Shown: positions 12,552 through 25,900, counted from the whole stretch's first letter. The stretch: 63,126 bases of DNA, filler included, from Nemertoderma westbladi (GCA_032718475.1; 3 parts of 3 records of this genome joined end to end with filler, not necessarily neighbours in it); one strand, 5' to 3'. Notes: generated by a model from the sequence alone, not told the origin. Translations and numbers: made by a program.

Positions 12552-12792
12552 TAATGATGCATTTCATAAAATATCTTCAGAACGACAAATGGGTTAACGT
12601 AAATTAAGAGGGTTATTGTGAATTGTATATGAATACTACAGTAGGTGGTGTAATAGATGAGTGGGACCATTTTAGTTTGATTACCAGGTGACATTTTTTT
12701 GGTAATGTGTTACATGTCATATACTCATCAAGACTAAATTTACTTTAATAAACAGGGTGGCTGTGAATTTTCCTTCGTTACATAGGTTAGTT

Positions 12793-12982
12793 AGGTTCCA
12801 CCTTTGTGTAGTGGTTGCATTGATTTCCAATCTATCTGGAGTCTTGGATTCGATCCCTGCATGTGGGCCAAGACAGTTTTTGATTCGACACGAATGGTTT
12901 GAAGGGGCTAACCATGGGGCATCTATGTCTTTCATCCTTAAATGTTAGCTCTAACGGTCGAAGAAAACTTTATTTCTACTTT
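12793..12982 (+). mobile_element. tRNA-derived SINE, degenerate
   Basis: A-box-like tagtggtt and B-box-like ggattcgatccc at tRNA spacing, then a body and T-rich tail; no intact cloverleaf. Confidence 0.5.
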
Positions 12983-13690
12983 TTTATAAGTGTTGATCCA
13001 CTGTTGAAAAGCATATTAAAATAATAATTGGTAATAATGTTTAAAAAACATATAATTGTTTTTTAAATAAATATTATTTATAAATTTATTATTATTTATT
13101 ATTATAAATTTAACAAACTAATTGCAACTATCAAACTAGTTAGGAACCTGGTAATTCCGGTAAAACGCTTGTCTTTTTAAACGCTTGTCTGCTTGTCGCT
13201 AAAGAATGAAAGCAAAAATAACAATTCTGGCTCACCCACTAAGGAGGAGGGAGATGAAACTAACTCTGTTTCAAATGTCATACAATCTCATTACGATTTG
13301 TAGAAAAAATTGGGGGGGGGGGGGGGGGGGGGGGGGACTGGTGCTTAGTGATGTGTGATGTGATGTGGTTGGTTGGAGAAAGCTGCTAAGGGCTGCTACT
13401 AAGCAGCAACCGATCACTTTAAATCCTGTTTAACAGAGTCAATGAGAATGGAATATTGCTAACATGAAAAAGTTCAGGTTAACATTATTCCATATCTCAG
13501 TATCTGCTGATCTGTATTCACTATTCTATTTATTAGGCCCCACTCCTACCCTTGCTGGTCTTGTCTGTTTCATTATACAAGATATGCCGTGCAGTCAGGC
13601 AGAACAATAGGTACAGCAAAGCAAATTATTATATTAAGAATTGAAGCAACAGTAATTAATCTGCATTAGTAGCCAATACCTAATAGATAT

Positions 13691-14889
13691 CAGGTTTTGT
13701 TAATTCAATACGGCAGTGATTTTTTTATGTCCTTTTATTTGACTTTTTTTGTCCTCCTTTTTTTACGAATTGTGCATAATGACTTTTGTTGTCCTTTTAA
13801 TGACTTTTATTGTCCTTTTAATGACTTTTTATGTATGTATTTCTTCAAACTGTCAGACTGCTGATTTCTGGACTGTCAGACAGTTGATTTCAACAGCCTA
13901 TGCCAAAACATTCAAAATTTGTTGATTTCTGGTCTGTCGGACAGTTGGTTTCACTATGCCTGTGCCAGAACATTCCATGATTCCATGATTTATAGACTAT
14001 GAGATAGAATTCCATATGCGCCTGTGGTAAAAGACTAAATTTAATAGTTTGTGGTTGTTGTCGATAATCGATTACCACATGACGTAGCAAAACACTCATT
14101 TTATAGCCAAAAACAATTACCAATTGATGGAAAGGAGCAGGTTAAGGCCGGATTTTCTAACCAAAACAATAAACAGTCACTTTACCAAATCAGGGAAAGG
14201 AGCAGGTTACAGAGGCGGGATTTTCTAACCAAAACAATAAACGATCATTTAACTAATTGAGGGAAAGTTGCAGGTTACAGAGACGGGATTTTCTAACCAA
14301 AACAATAAACGATAACATTACCAATTGAGAGAAAGGAGCAGGTTACAGAGGCGGGATTTCCTAACCAAAACAATAAACGATCACTTAATTAATTGAGGGA
14401 AAGGGGCACGTTACAGAGGCGGGATTTTCTAACCAAAACAATAAACAGTCACTTTACAAAATGAAGGAAAGGAGCAGGTTACAGAGGCGGGCCTTTCTAA
14501 CCAAAACAATAAACGGCCACTTTACCAAATCAGGCAAAGGAGCAGGTTACAGATGAGGCGGGATTATCTAACCAAAACAACCGGTCAGCCGGTAGTCCTA
14601 CCAGTACCGTATTTAATTGGTAGGCTACACAGTAGGCCTACAGCAGTACCGGTGCCGGTACCGATATTAAAATACAGAAATGCCTGCTTTATACTTACAT
14701 CTGTACATACAATACAGCAAAATAATGCTATATATACTAATACCGGTACTGATAGCCTGAGAGAACAGCAGTAGAGAAACCGGTAGCATGGAACCTAACA
14801 TTAGATTTTTGGAGGACATAAAAAATAAAAAAAAAGGACAAAAAAAGGATTTAAACGGACAATAAAAATTATTGCGATTCAATACTCTG
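13691..14889. mobile_element. Degenerate TIR element carrying the 68-bp array
   Basis: Left cag...tttttatgtcctttt subrepeats are mirrored by right aaaaggacaaaaa...aatactctg; TSD not evident. Confidence 0.45.
14120..14580. repeat. 68-bp tandem repeat, about 7 units
   Basis: ccaaaacaa recurs at 14161, 14229, 14297, 14365, 14433, 14501, 14572; core agggaaaggagcaggttacagaggcgggattttctaaccaaaacaataaac plus a variable 17-nt segment. Confidence 0.95.
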
Positions 14890-15609
14890 ATACTTTAAGC
14901 TTTAAAGGGGCCTTATTATTTCTCATGGTAGTTACATGGGCTGATAGGAGCAGTAATGAGATGATTAAAAATTAATTAACGTAGACGTAATGTTAAATCA
15001 ATGTTAAATTCTCAATGTTAAATTCTCAATTTAGGGAAAGGAGCAAGTTACAATGGCACGTTATTTTAACCAAATCAATAAGCTAAACACAATAGAACAG
15101 TTTAGAGTTTTATCTTTTAGAGTTATCAACTGTTATTTGCGTTGAATTTACCCTGGAGAGGGGTGAATTTTTATTGTGTCGAAAGTCCCCCCCCCCCCCC
15201 CCCCTCCCCCTTATCTGTGAACAAGAGTCAATACTGCAATAGCACAGGCTGACAGGTTACAGTTTATTTTTCCTATTTATTTTTGTACTACCAACTGACC
15301 AAAACGTAAACAATGCATCATTGTTAAAACGTGCCGGTATCCAGTATTCGGGTACGTTTTTGTTCGGATATGTTTTAACCAGGGTACAGGGGTACGTTTT
15401 CACTTGTTACCTTATTTGTGTAATCCAGTACCGGTAACTGAGTACGGTAATTTGACATTGGACAATGTATAGGCCTATGTATATACCGGTACATTAATTC
15501 GAGTTGGTATCCGAACCGGGCCATAATTGCAAATTGTGTTGCATTGCCTTCGAGCTTATCTATGGTAACTTTACCACTTTACCGGTAGTCTAAAGTCTAA
15601 TACAGCAAA

Positions 15610-17913
15610 ATGGCACACTTTCACCACACAGAAAACTTTATATGGAGTACGCGTGATGACGATGTTCTTGGGAAAGGGGTTACAGCTGACGTTTATAAAG
15701 CGAGGAAAAAGCAAACTGGCGAGGTCGTTGCTGTCAAGGTGTTCAATAACCGTTCATACCAGAGACCTTCAGAAGTACAGGATCGCGAATTCGAGGTTCC
15801 AAAGAAACTCCATCATGACAATATCGTCAAAGTCTTGGGAGAGGAAGGGGAAATAGGCAGTATGAATAAGGCCTTGCTAATGGAGTATTGCAACGATGGT
15901 AGTTTACATACAGTGTTGGAACAGCCACAAAATGCTAATGGATTAGCTGATGACGATTTCATATCTGTATTGCATGATTTGACAGCAGGAATGTACTATT
16001 TACACCAACAGGGTGTTGTTCATAGAGACATTAAGCCCGGAAATATAATGAGGTGTAAACGTCCGAATGGTACTTTGATATATAAATTAACCGATTTTGG
16101 AACTGCGCGTGAGTTGTCAATCGATGAACAATTCCAGAGTATCCACGGAACGGAGGAGTACCTCCACCCCGATATGTATGAACGTGGAGTTTTAAATGTC
16201 AATAAAGGAAAGGTATTCGCTAGCTCAGTAGATTTATGGAGTACTGGAGTTACTCTCTATCACACTGCCACTGGAACACTTCCGTTCAGGCCATATGGTG
16301 GCGGCCGACAGAAAGCTAACCAGCCCGTCATGTACAAAATAACTTCCGAGAAAGAATCTGGAGTTATATCTGGAGTGCAGAATGCGGACGGATCCATAAC
16401 TTGGAGCAAGGATTTGAAAAACTGCAATATTACGAAACATCTTTGCAAGTTTGTTACTCCTATATTGGCTGGTCTCATGGAATGCGACCAATCTCGTATG
16501 TGGACCTTCAGCAAGTTCTATTCTGAGGTTCAGAATCTCATCAATCGCACACGAACCTTTTTGTTCAACGTCAGTGAAAGCCGTGTCGATACGCTGTATC
16601 TTGAAGAGGCTTGTACATGGGCACAGTTTCAGACCTTAATTGAGTCCGAATTAGGCGTCATTGTCGATCAGCAGCTTATGTTATCGGAGAGCCACGGAAT
16701 TCTGAAACCAACGATGCTCAATATTCCTGTAACCACCATGGAATCGCCTATTTATTTGTTCACAAAGACCGTAAATTTAGAAGGAACTACTGCCATTAAG
16801 TTTTGTAAAATTCCAGTCCTACCCAAATTTGACTTTAACGATCCTCTAAATATTGACGCGGACTATCGTTTGTCAAAGATATTGGCTAGTGTCAGCTTTT
16901 CCATTAGAGATCGTATTCAGGAGTCATACCGAAATCAACAGCTGTTGCGGAAAGGCATCACATTATTGGTCCAAAACACTACAACCTCCCTACAATATGC
17001 GGCTACCCAGAAGGACCTCGGAATCATTGCCCAAAGCATATCGGTTCAACTTCAATTATTCAAAGATGAACAAAATCAGTTGAATCACATCCTTAATTTA
17101 TATCAAGCCAACTGGGACATCGAAAATGCGACAACATTTAAAGAACATCAGTCTAAATCGCAGGATGTAATTCGAAATAAATACAAAAGTTTTTCCACCG
17201 TCAATGACGAAGTTGCCATAGTCGTCAAAATGCTGGAAACCATTCCTGATACAAGAGAAGGGAAGTTGTGGGATTTGAATTATTTAGCTCTTCATGGGTG
17301 CAGCAACGATGAGGATTGTTCTCAACATGCGGAATACCTAACAACGGAGATTAGTATGTTGCATAAAGCGCTGAGGAAAAGACGGCTAGCCCGTTGCCTC
17401 CTGTACAAACCCGAGGATCAATTCCAGCGTGTTGATAAAGTTCTAATGGGGGACTTATCGGTTCGTATGATGGAGTTGCTGCGTGACCATTGCCAACCGA
17501 ATACCAAACAGCTGCATGAAGTAGCCAATAAAGTGATATCGGAATGTTTGTATTACCTAAACCTAGTCGAGATGATTGCAGCGCAAGCGGTCTCTGTCTC
17601 GGCCGCTCTCGACACCTACAAAGACTCGCTACAGCTGGCACAGAAAGAGTACAAGGTCTCATTGGCCAAAGTCATGAGTAAACTGGAGGAAACCATGGCA
17701 TCCAAGGAAGATCCAAGCAGAAACAGGAAACAGATTGCCAAAGAGCTGCAGAAAGCGGTGCTGGATGTGCGGAAGATGGCGCAGGATGCGAGTAAAACCT
17801 CCGAGATCCTCGAGAGATTGAATGTATCAGACATGCAGCTGCATGGCGATGGAGATAACAGACACACTGACATACAAATCAAAGGTGGGTCTACTAAAGG
17901 ACAAAGTCACTGA
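15610..17913 (+). CDS. TBK1: TBK1/IKK-epsilon family Ser/Thr kinase, single coding exon
   Basis: LGKGVTADVYK, VAVK, HRDIKPGN, YKLTDFGTAREL, SIHGTEEYLHPDMYER, VDLWS, ATGTLPFRPYGG, followed by ubiquitin-like and helical scaffold regions. Confidence 0.95.
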   Translation: MAHFHHTENFIWSTRDDDVLGKGVTADVYKARKKQTGEVVAVKVFNNRSYQRPSEVQDREFEVPKKLHHDNIVKVLGEEGEIGSMNKALLMEYCNDGSLHTVLEQPQNANGLADDDFISVLHDLTAGMYYLHQQGVVHRDIKPGNIMRCKRPNGTLIYKLTDFGTARELSIDEQFQSIHGTEEYLHPDMYERGVLNVNKGKVFASSVDLWSTGVTLYHTATGTLPFRPYGGGRQKANQPVMYKITSEKESGVISGVQNADGSITWSKDLKNCNITKHLCKFVTPILAGLMECDQSRMWTFSKFYSEVQNLINRTRTFLFNVSESRVDTLYLEEACTWAQFQTLIESELGVIVDQQLMLSESHGILKPTMLNIPVTTMESPIYLFTKTVNLEGTTAIKFCKIPVLPKFDFNDPLNIDADYRLSKILASVSFSIRDRIQESYRNQQLLRKGITLLVQNTTTSLQYAATQKDLGIIAQSISVQLQLFKDEQNQLNHILNLYQANWDIENATTFKEHQSKSQDVIRNKYKSFSTVNDEVAIVVKMLETIPDTREGKLWDLNYLALHGCSNDEDCSQHAEYLTTEISMLHKALRKRRLARCLLYKPEDQFQRVDKVLMGDLSVRMMELLRDHCQPNTKQLHEVANKVISECLYYLNLVEMIAAQAVSVSAALDTYKDSLQLAQKEYKVSLAKVMSKLEETMASKEDPSRNRKQIAKELQKAVLDVRKMAQDASKTSEILERLNVSDMQLHGDGDNRHTDIQIKGGSTKGQSH

Positions 17914-18148
17914 AATACGCGAAGTAGTCTAAGAGACTATTTGAGTGCAGATTAAAATTAATTGCTTTAATCGGAAATGTCGAACAATTAATGTTAAATT
18001 ACTAATTATATTAATTAATGATGTTTATGCTTTATTTTAATAATGTTTATAATTGTACTTTATACCAAAATTTTAATATTATTTAATTGACGGTAACGGC
18101 GTTGGTATTAACACTAACATGTTGCACATTACAAACAATACTTAAAAC

Positions 18149-18320
18149 CAGGGATGGTAACGTAACGAAACGAAACGGAAGAAAAATTCGTTTCGTTTTC
18201 AAAAATTTCGTTTCGTTTTTACAAATCCGATCGAAAATTCGTTTCGTTTCGTTTTATATCAATCTATGAAATTTTCGTTTCGTTTCAAAGATTTGAAATT
18301 CGTTTTTCGTTTCGTTTTCT
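18149..18320 (+). mobile_element. hAT-like MITE terminus with (tttcg)n subterminal repeats
   Basis: CAGGGATGGTAACG start then repeated aaattcgtttcgttt; partner end not seen before the gap. Confidence 0.55.
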
Positions 18321-19813
18321 TGTACAATTTTTGATTTTATCAAATTTAAGTTTCAAATCTAACTGCCCCCATTACCAACACCGTGGCATTGTAATGATAT
18401 GATAATGTAGTATACAACATATACATGCAACGTACTTTACATTGTTATGATCGATCATTCGTACATTGCGGTTATTACTCATAAAATTATTATTATGGTG
18501 GTACTTAATTAATACTTATACATAAAGAAATAAACTTGTTTGGGAAGGTATTTCACTTTCTGGAGTATTTTAGACTGAAAACACGAATCTCGAACGTTCT
18601 GCCCGATTTTGACATTCACATTCCAGCATGCACTGAACTCCTTTTCTTAAATTTCAGAAAAAAAAAATTCAAATTCATAAAAGTAAGAGCCATCCATATA
18701 AATCATAATACCACCCTAATAATAATAATATTGAATTGTTTTGTTCCGTCTGATTTTTTATAATAAATTATGACTGGAGATTTTAATTTTGAGTCCGAAA
18801 TGATAATGAATGACTTTTCGGCCCAATTTATTTTCTAGCTTAATTTTTGGTACGCCTTGCTTATAATATTATTATTATTAGTTTTTTCAGCGTTAGTGTG
18901 TGCATATTTTTATATAATATAATTATGATTTTATTACATATGGGGTAAAGATCATTTTTGCACTATTCTCGAGATTACCTATTTGGCAACGGGGGGGTCA
19001 TTTTAGAAATTTTTTTAGATATTGGTTGAAAATTAATATTCTGAAGTTATAAGGGATTTCGAGGTCGTTGATCACGATATGAATTGTTAAAAACATTTTC
19101 TGGAATTGCAACCATCGAAAAGTCTAAAGAAAACATTTCAAACTGAAAAGTGTTGTCCTTGGTTGGATAATTCTGAAAGTATGCGGGTTTTCAAGGTCGC
19201 TGATCACGATACAACTCGTTAAAAATGTGCCAGGATGGGACCACGAAAACTAACATAGCTATAAAATTGGTGTTGCGCTGTTGGATAATAGCCAATATAT
19301 TTTTAGCAGCCTGGCACAAAGATACAGATGAAACATCCCAAAGGGAACAGACAAAGATAACAATACTTCCCGGGTCAAATAGTTAATAAAGAGTAGAAAG
19401 AGAGAACATTGAAAAAAATGTTTACGTTTTTATCTTGTAATTTTATTCTTAAGTTGGTACTTTTTAATTCCTTTATTTTTTTTAATATATAATAGAATGA
19501 AATAGTTTTGCAAAAGAAATTGAACTGTGCAGTATTTTGCAAAATTACTACTATTAAAATTATTGAATAAAATTTAAGAAATTCCACCATCAATATTATA
19601 ATTACTTGTTATATATCCTTTTCGCCGGGAAATAAGTAAAATAAAATGGCAAAGTGCTAATTTTTCCTCTTGTCTTCAGTATATTCTGGTTAACCAGCTA
19701 TCGCCACTAAGTACTAAGTGGTGCTACCGCCTACCGTTGTCTGCTACATTGCTACATTATAAATAAATTCCAAAAGTAAAGTATATTATTAATATTACAA
19801 TACAATCTATTCT

Positions 19814-19913
19814 NNNNNNNNNNNNNNNNNNNNNNNNNNNNNNNNNNNNNNNNNNNNTTAATTAATTAANNNNNNNNNNNNNNNNNNNNNNNNNNNNNNN
19901 NNNNNNNNNNNNN
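19814..19913. other. Artificial assembly linker
   Basis: N44-TTAATTAATTAA-N44, with stop codons in all six frames. Confidence 0.97.
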
Positions 19914-22900
19914 ATTTATAAAATGTTTATTTGAAGCCTAAGGTTAAGGTGTTATGACTTGGGACCAACCCCTACCCCCACTATATAACTTATTCTGCAT
20001 CCGAATTACATTGTTCTATTTTTCAGTTACCATGACAACCGCTGAAAACAGATATTTTTATTCAAAACTTATTCATTTGGACATAGACTTCACGATAAAA
20101 TTTTACAAAACTGGGTATGTGTTATCTGGACCATTAGTTGGAACTTTTAGTGAAACTTAAATTATTCCAGAAATTTAGTTCCACGAAGCTTAGGAAAATC
20201 AACTACTTTCGCTAAGAAAGATTTTCCTTAGCTGAGATGGTCTATTCATAGTGGGCTATTTTACTTGTGTGAGGCAGATTTGGTTTTTTTTGATTCCGGA
20301 AAAAACTAGCCTTTAAAAGTACCCTGAAATTTTGCATGTGTATACTACTCGACGAGGCGCATCTTTTTGGCTGGGTCCCATATACAGGAAAAATCTGGTT
20401 TCCATGGCAACGGACTTAGAAAAAAGTCTATGTATTTCAAGTCAATATTTATAACTCTATTTATAGGAAAACTATAATAGATATAAACTTGGGGTTTCTC
20501 AACTCAACTATAAGGTCCATAGCAGAGCCAATTGAGGTTAAATAGAAAATCCAGTTACCTTGGCAACTGGGATAAACAGATGTTAAAATTTATAAAATGT
20601 TAATTTGAAGCCTAAGGTTAAGGTGTTATGACTTGGAACCAACCCCTACCCCCACTATATAACTTATTCTGCGTCCGAATTTGATTGTTCTATTTTGCAG
20701 TTACCATGACAACCGCTGAAAACAGTTGTTATTATGCAAAAATTACTCATTTGGACATAGACTTCATGATTAAATTTTATGAAACTGCGTATTGTGTTAT
20801 CTGGACCACTAGTTGGAACTTTTAGTGAAACTCAAAACATTCCAGAAATATCTAGTTACCATGGTAACTGGAGTTTATTAAAGTCTATATCATTCACGTC
20901 TAAACACAATACTCTATTTGTAGCAAAATCCACGAAGCTAAGGAAAATCAACTACTTTCGCTAAGAAAGATTTTCCTTAGCTGAGATGGTCTATTCATAG
21001 TGGGCTATTTTACTTGTATGGGGCAGATTTAGTGTTTTTTGATTCCGGAAAAAACTAGCCTTTAAAAGTATCCTGAAATTTTGCATGTATATACAACTCA
21101 TCAAGGCGCGTCGTGTGGGATGGGTCTCATATCCAGGAAAAATCTGGTTTCCATGGCAACGGACTTAGAAAAAAGTCTATGTATTTCAAGTCAATATTTG
21201 TAACTCTATTTGTAGGAAAACTATAATAGATATAAACTTGGGGTTTCTCAACACAACTATAAGGTCCATAGCAGAGCCGATTGAGGTTAAATAGAAAATC
21301 CAGTTACCTTGGCAACCGGGCTAAACAGATGTTTAAATTTTTAAAAAGTTAATTTGAAGCCTAAGGTTAAGGTGTGATGACTTGGGACCAAACCCAACCC
21401 CCACTATATAACTTAATCTGCGTCCGAATTTGATTGTTATATTTTGCAGTTACCTTGACAACCGCTGAAAACAGATGTTTTTATACAAAAATTATTCATT
21501 TGGACATAGACTTCACGATAAAATTTTACGAAACTAGGTATGTGTTATCTGGACCACTAGTTGGAACTTTTAATGAAACTCAAAACATTCCAGAAATATC
21601 TAGTTACCATGGTAACTGTAGTTTTTTTAAAGTCTGTATCATTCAAGTCTATTTGGAGCAAAACTGTAATATATATAAACTTGGGGATTTGCAACTCATC
21701 TATAAGGTCCATATACAAGCCGTTCGAAGTTAATTAGAAAATCCAGTTACCATAGCAACAAGACTAAACAGATGTTAAAATTAATAAAATGATAATTTGA
21801 AGCACAAGTTAATAGTATTATGACTTGGGACTAACCCCTACCCCCACTATATGACTTATTCTGCATCCGAATTACATTGTTCTATTTTTCAGTTTCCATG
21901 ACAACCACTGCAAACAGATTCATTTTGATAGAAAATCTGTAATTTGGACATAAACTACAATATTTTCTGAAACTCGATATGTGTTATCTGAAAAACAATC
22001 TGTACTGAATCTTTTTTCAAAGGTAAAACCAACAGTTCCAGAGAACTCTAGTTTCCATGGGAATAGAAGTTAATTATTGGCAAATGCTCCTAAACTAGGC
22101 TAAGCAACGAACCAAATTGTGGCCGTTTGTTTAATTTTCCTTAGCTTCGTGGTTGCATTTCCTTTAGGAAATGCCTTTCTCGTATCCACGAAGCTAAGGA
22201 AAATCAACTACTTTCGCTAAGAAAGATTTTCCTTAGCTGAGATGGTCTATTCATAGTGGGCTATTTTACTTGTGTGAGGCAGATTTGGTTTTTTTTGATT
22301 CCGGAAAAAACTAGCCTTTAAAAGTACCCTGAAATTTTGCATGTACAGTATATACTACTCGGCGAGGCGCATCTTTTGGGCCGGGTCTCATATCCAGGAA
22401 AAATTTGGTTTCCATGGCAACGGACTTCAAAAAAAGTCTATGTATTTCAAGTCAATATTTATAACTCTATTTGTAGGAAAACTATAATAGATATAAACTT
22501 GGGGTTTCGCAACACAACTATAAGGTCCATAGTAGATCCGATTGAGGCTAAATAGAAAATCCAGTTACCTTGGCAACCGGGATAAACAGATGTTAAAATT
22601 TATAAAATGTTAATTTGAGGCCTAAGGGCAAGGTGTTATGACTTGGGACCAACCCTTACCCCCACTATATAACTTATTCTGCATCCGAATTACATGACAA
22701 CCATGACAACCGCAGAAAACAGATGTTTTTATACAAAAATTATTCATTTGGACATAGACTTCGCGATAAAATTTTACAAAACTGGGTACGTGTTATCTGG
22801 ACCACTAGTTGGAACTTTTAGTGAAACTTAATTATTCCAGAAATTTAGTTACCATGGTAACTGTAGTTTATTAAACTCTATATCATTCAAGTCTATATTG

Positions 22901-25900
22901 ATAACTCTATTTGTAGCAAAACTGTAATATATATAAACTTGGGGTTTTGCAACTCATCTATAAGATCCATATCCAAGCCGTTTGAGGTTAATTAGAAAAT
23001 ACAGTTACCATAGCAACAAGTCTAAACAGATGTTAAAATTTATAAAATGATAATTTGAAGCACAAGTTAATAGTATTATGACTTGAGACTAACCCCTACC
23101 CCCACTATATGACTTATTCTGCATCCGAATTACATTGTTCTATTTTTCAGTTTCCAAGACAACCACTGCAAACAGATGCATTTTGATAGAAAATCGGTAA
23201 TTTGGACATAAACTACAATATTTTCTGAAACTCAGTATATGTGTTATCTGAACCACAATCTGTACTGAATTTTTTTTCAAAGGTTAAAGCAACAGTTCCA
23301 GAGAACTCTAGTTTCCATGGGAATAGAAGTTAATTATTGACAAATGCTACTAAACGAGGCTAAGCAACGAACCAAAGTGTGGCCGTTTGTTTAATTTTCC
23401 TTAGCTTCGTGGTTGCATTTCCTTTAGGAAATTCCTTTCTCGTACATAATACAATCCATTCGAGGTTAATTACACAATCCAGTTACCATAGCAACAAGAC
23501 TAAACAGATGTTAAAATTTATAAAATGATAATTTGAAGCACAAGTTAATAGTATTATGACTTGGGACCAAGACCTACCCCCATTATATGACTTATTCTGC
23601 ATCCGAATTACATTGTTCTATTTTTCAGTTTCCATGACAACCAATGCAAACAGTTGCATTTTAATAGAAAATCGGTAATTTGGACATAAACTACAATATT
23701 TTCTGAAACTCGGAAAGTGTTATCTGAACCACAATCTTTACTGAATCTTTTTTCAAAGGTAAAACCAACAGTTCCAGAGAACTCTAGTTTCCATGGGAAT
23801 ATCCACGAAGCTAAGGAAAATCAACTACTTTCGCTAAGAAAGATTTTCCTTAGCTGAGATGGTCTATTCATAGTGGGTTGTTTTACTTGTGTGAGGCAGA
23901 TTTAGTGTTTTTTGACCGGTGAAAAAACTAGCCTTTAAAAGTACCCCGAAATTTTGCATGTATGTACTACTCGTCGAGGCGCATCGTGTGGGATGGGTCT
24001 CATATCCAGGAAAAATCTGGTTTCCATGGCAACGGACTTAGAAAAAAGTCTATGTATTTCAAGTCAATATTTATAACTCTATTTGTAGGAAAACTATAAT
24101 AGATATAAACTTGAGGTTTCTCAACCCAACTATAAGGTCCATAGCAGAGCCGATTGAAGTTAAATAGAAAATCCAGTTACCTTGGCAACCGGGCTAAACA
24201 GATGTTAAAATTTATAAAATGTTAATTTGAAGCCTAAGGTTAAGGTGTCATGACTTGGGACCAACCCCTACCCCCACTATATAACCTATTCTGCGTCCGA
24301 ATTTGATTGTTCTATTTTGCAGTTACCATGACAACCGATGAAAACAGATGTTTTTATACAAAAATTACTCATTTGGATATAGACTTCGCGATAAAATTTT
24401 ACGAAACTGGGAATGTGTTATCTGGACCACTAGTTGGAACTTTTAGTGAAACTCAAAACATTCCAGAAATATCTAGGTACCATGGTAACTGGAGTTTATT
24501 AAAGTCTATATCATTCAAGTCTAAATTCAATACTCTATTTGTTACAAAATAATGTAATATATATAAATTTGGGGTATTGCAACTCATCTATAAGGTCCAT
24601 ATACAAGCCGTTCAAGGTTAATTACACAATCTAGTTACCATAGCAACAAGACTAAACAGATGTCAAAATTTATAAAATGATAATTTGAAGCACAAGTTAA
24701 TAGTATTATGACTTGGGACTAACACCTACCCCCACTATATGACTTATTCTGCATCCGAATTACATTGTTCTATTTTTCAGTTTCCATGACAACCACTGCA
24801 AACAGATGCATTTTGATAGAAAATCGGTAATTTGGACATAAACTACAATATTTTCTGAAACTCGGAAAGTGTTATCTGAACCACAATCTGGACTAAATCT
24901 TTTATCAAAGGTTAAAAACAAACATTTCCTGAGAACTCTAGTTTCCATGGGAATAGAAGTTAATTATTGGCAAATGCTAATAAACTAGGCTAAGCAACAA
25001 ACCAAAGTGTGGCCGGTTGTTTAATTTTCCTTAGCTTCGTGGTTGCATTTCCTTTAGGAAATGCCTTTCTCGTTAAAATCTTAAAGTTAAAATTTTTAAC
25101 AGCGAGTCGTGTGTGTTGCACATCGTGTGTGTTGTAGTCCGTAAGATCCACGAAGCTAAGGAAAATCAACTACTTTCGCTAAGAAAGATTTTCCTTAGCT
25201 GAGATGGTCTATTCATAGTGGGCTATTTTACTTGTATGGAGCAGATTTGGGGTTTTTTGATTCCGGAAAAAACTAGCCTTTAAAAGTACCCTGAAATTTT
25301 GCATGTATGTACTACTCGTCGAGGCGCATCGTGTGGGATGGGTCTCATATCCAGGAAAAATCTGGTTTCCATGGCAACGGACTTAGAAAAAAGTCTATGT
25401 ATTTCAAGTCAATATTTATAACTCTATTTATAGGAAAACTATAATAGATACAAACTTGGGGTTTCGCAACACAACTATAAGGTCCATAGCAGATCCGATT
25501 GAGGCTAAATAGAAAATCCAGTTACCTTGGCAACCGGGATAAACAGATGTTAAAATTTATAAAATGTTAATTTGAGGCCTAAAGGCAAGGTGTTATGACT
25601 TGGGACCAACCCCTACCCCCACTATATAACTTATTCTGCATCCGAATTACATTGTTCTATTTTTCAGTTACCATGACAACCGCTGAAAACAGATGTTTTT
25701 ATTCAAAACTTATTCATTTGGACATAGACTTCACGATAAAATTTTACAAAACTGGGTAGGTGTTATCTGGACCACGAGTTGGAACTTTTAGTGAAACTTA
25801 AATTATTCCAGAAATTTAGTTACCATGGTAACTGTAGTTTATTAAACTCTATATCATTCAAATCTATATTGATAACTCTATTTGTAGCAAAACTGTAATA

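Noticed and set aside
14120-14580. CRISPR-like array (conserved core plus variable segment)
   Set aside because: The 17-nt variable segments are related to each other, there are no cas genes and the context is eukaryotic; it is a minisatellite.
19270-19380. Possible first SLC35F5 exon (GMFHLYL)
   Set aside because: No convincing splice acceptor or donor; similarity could be compositional.
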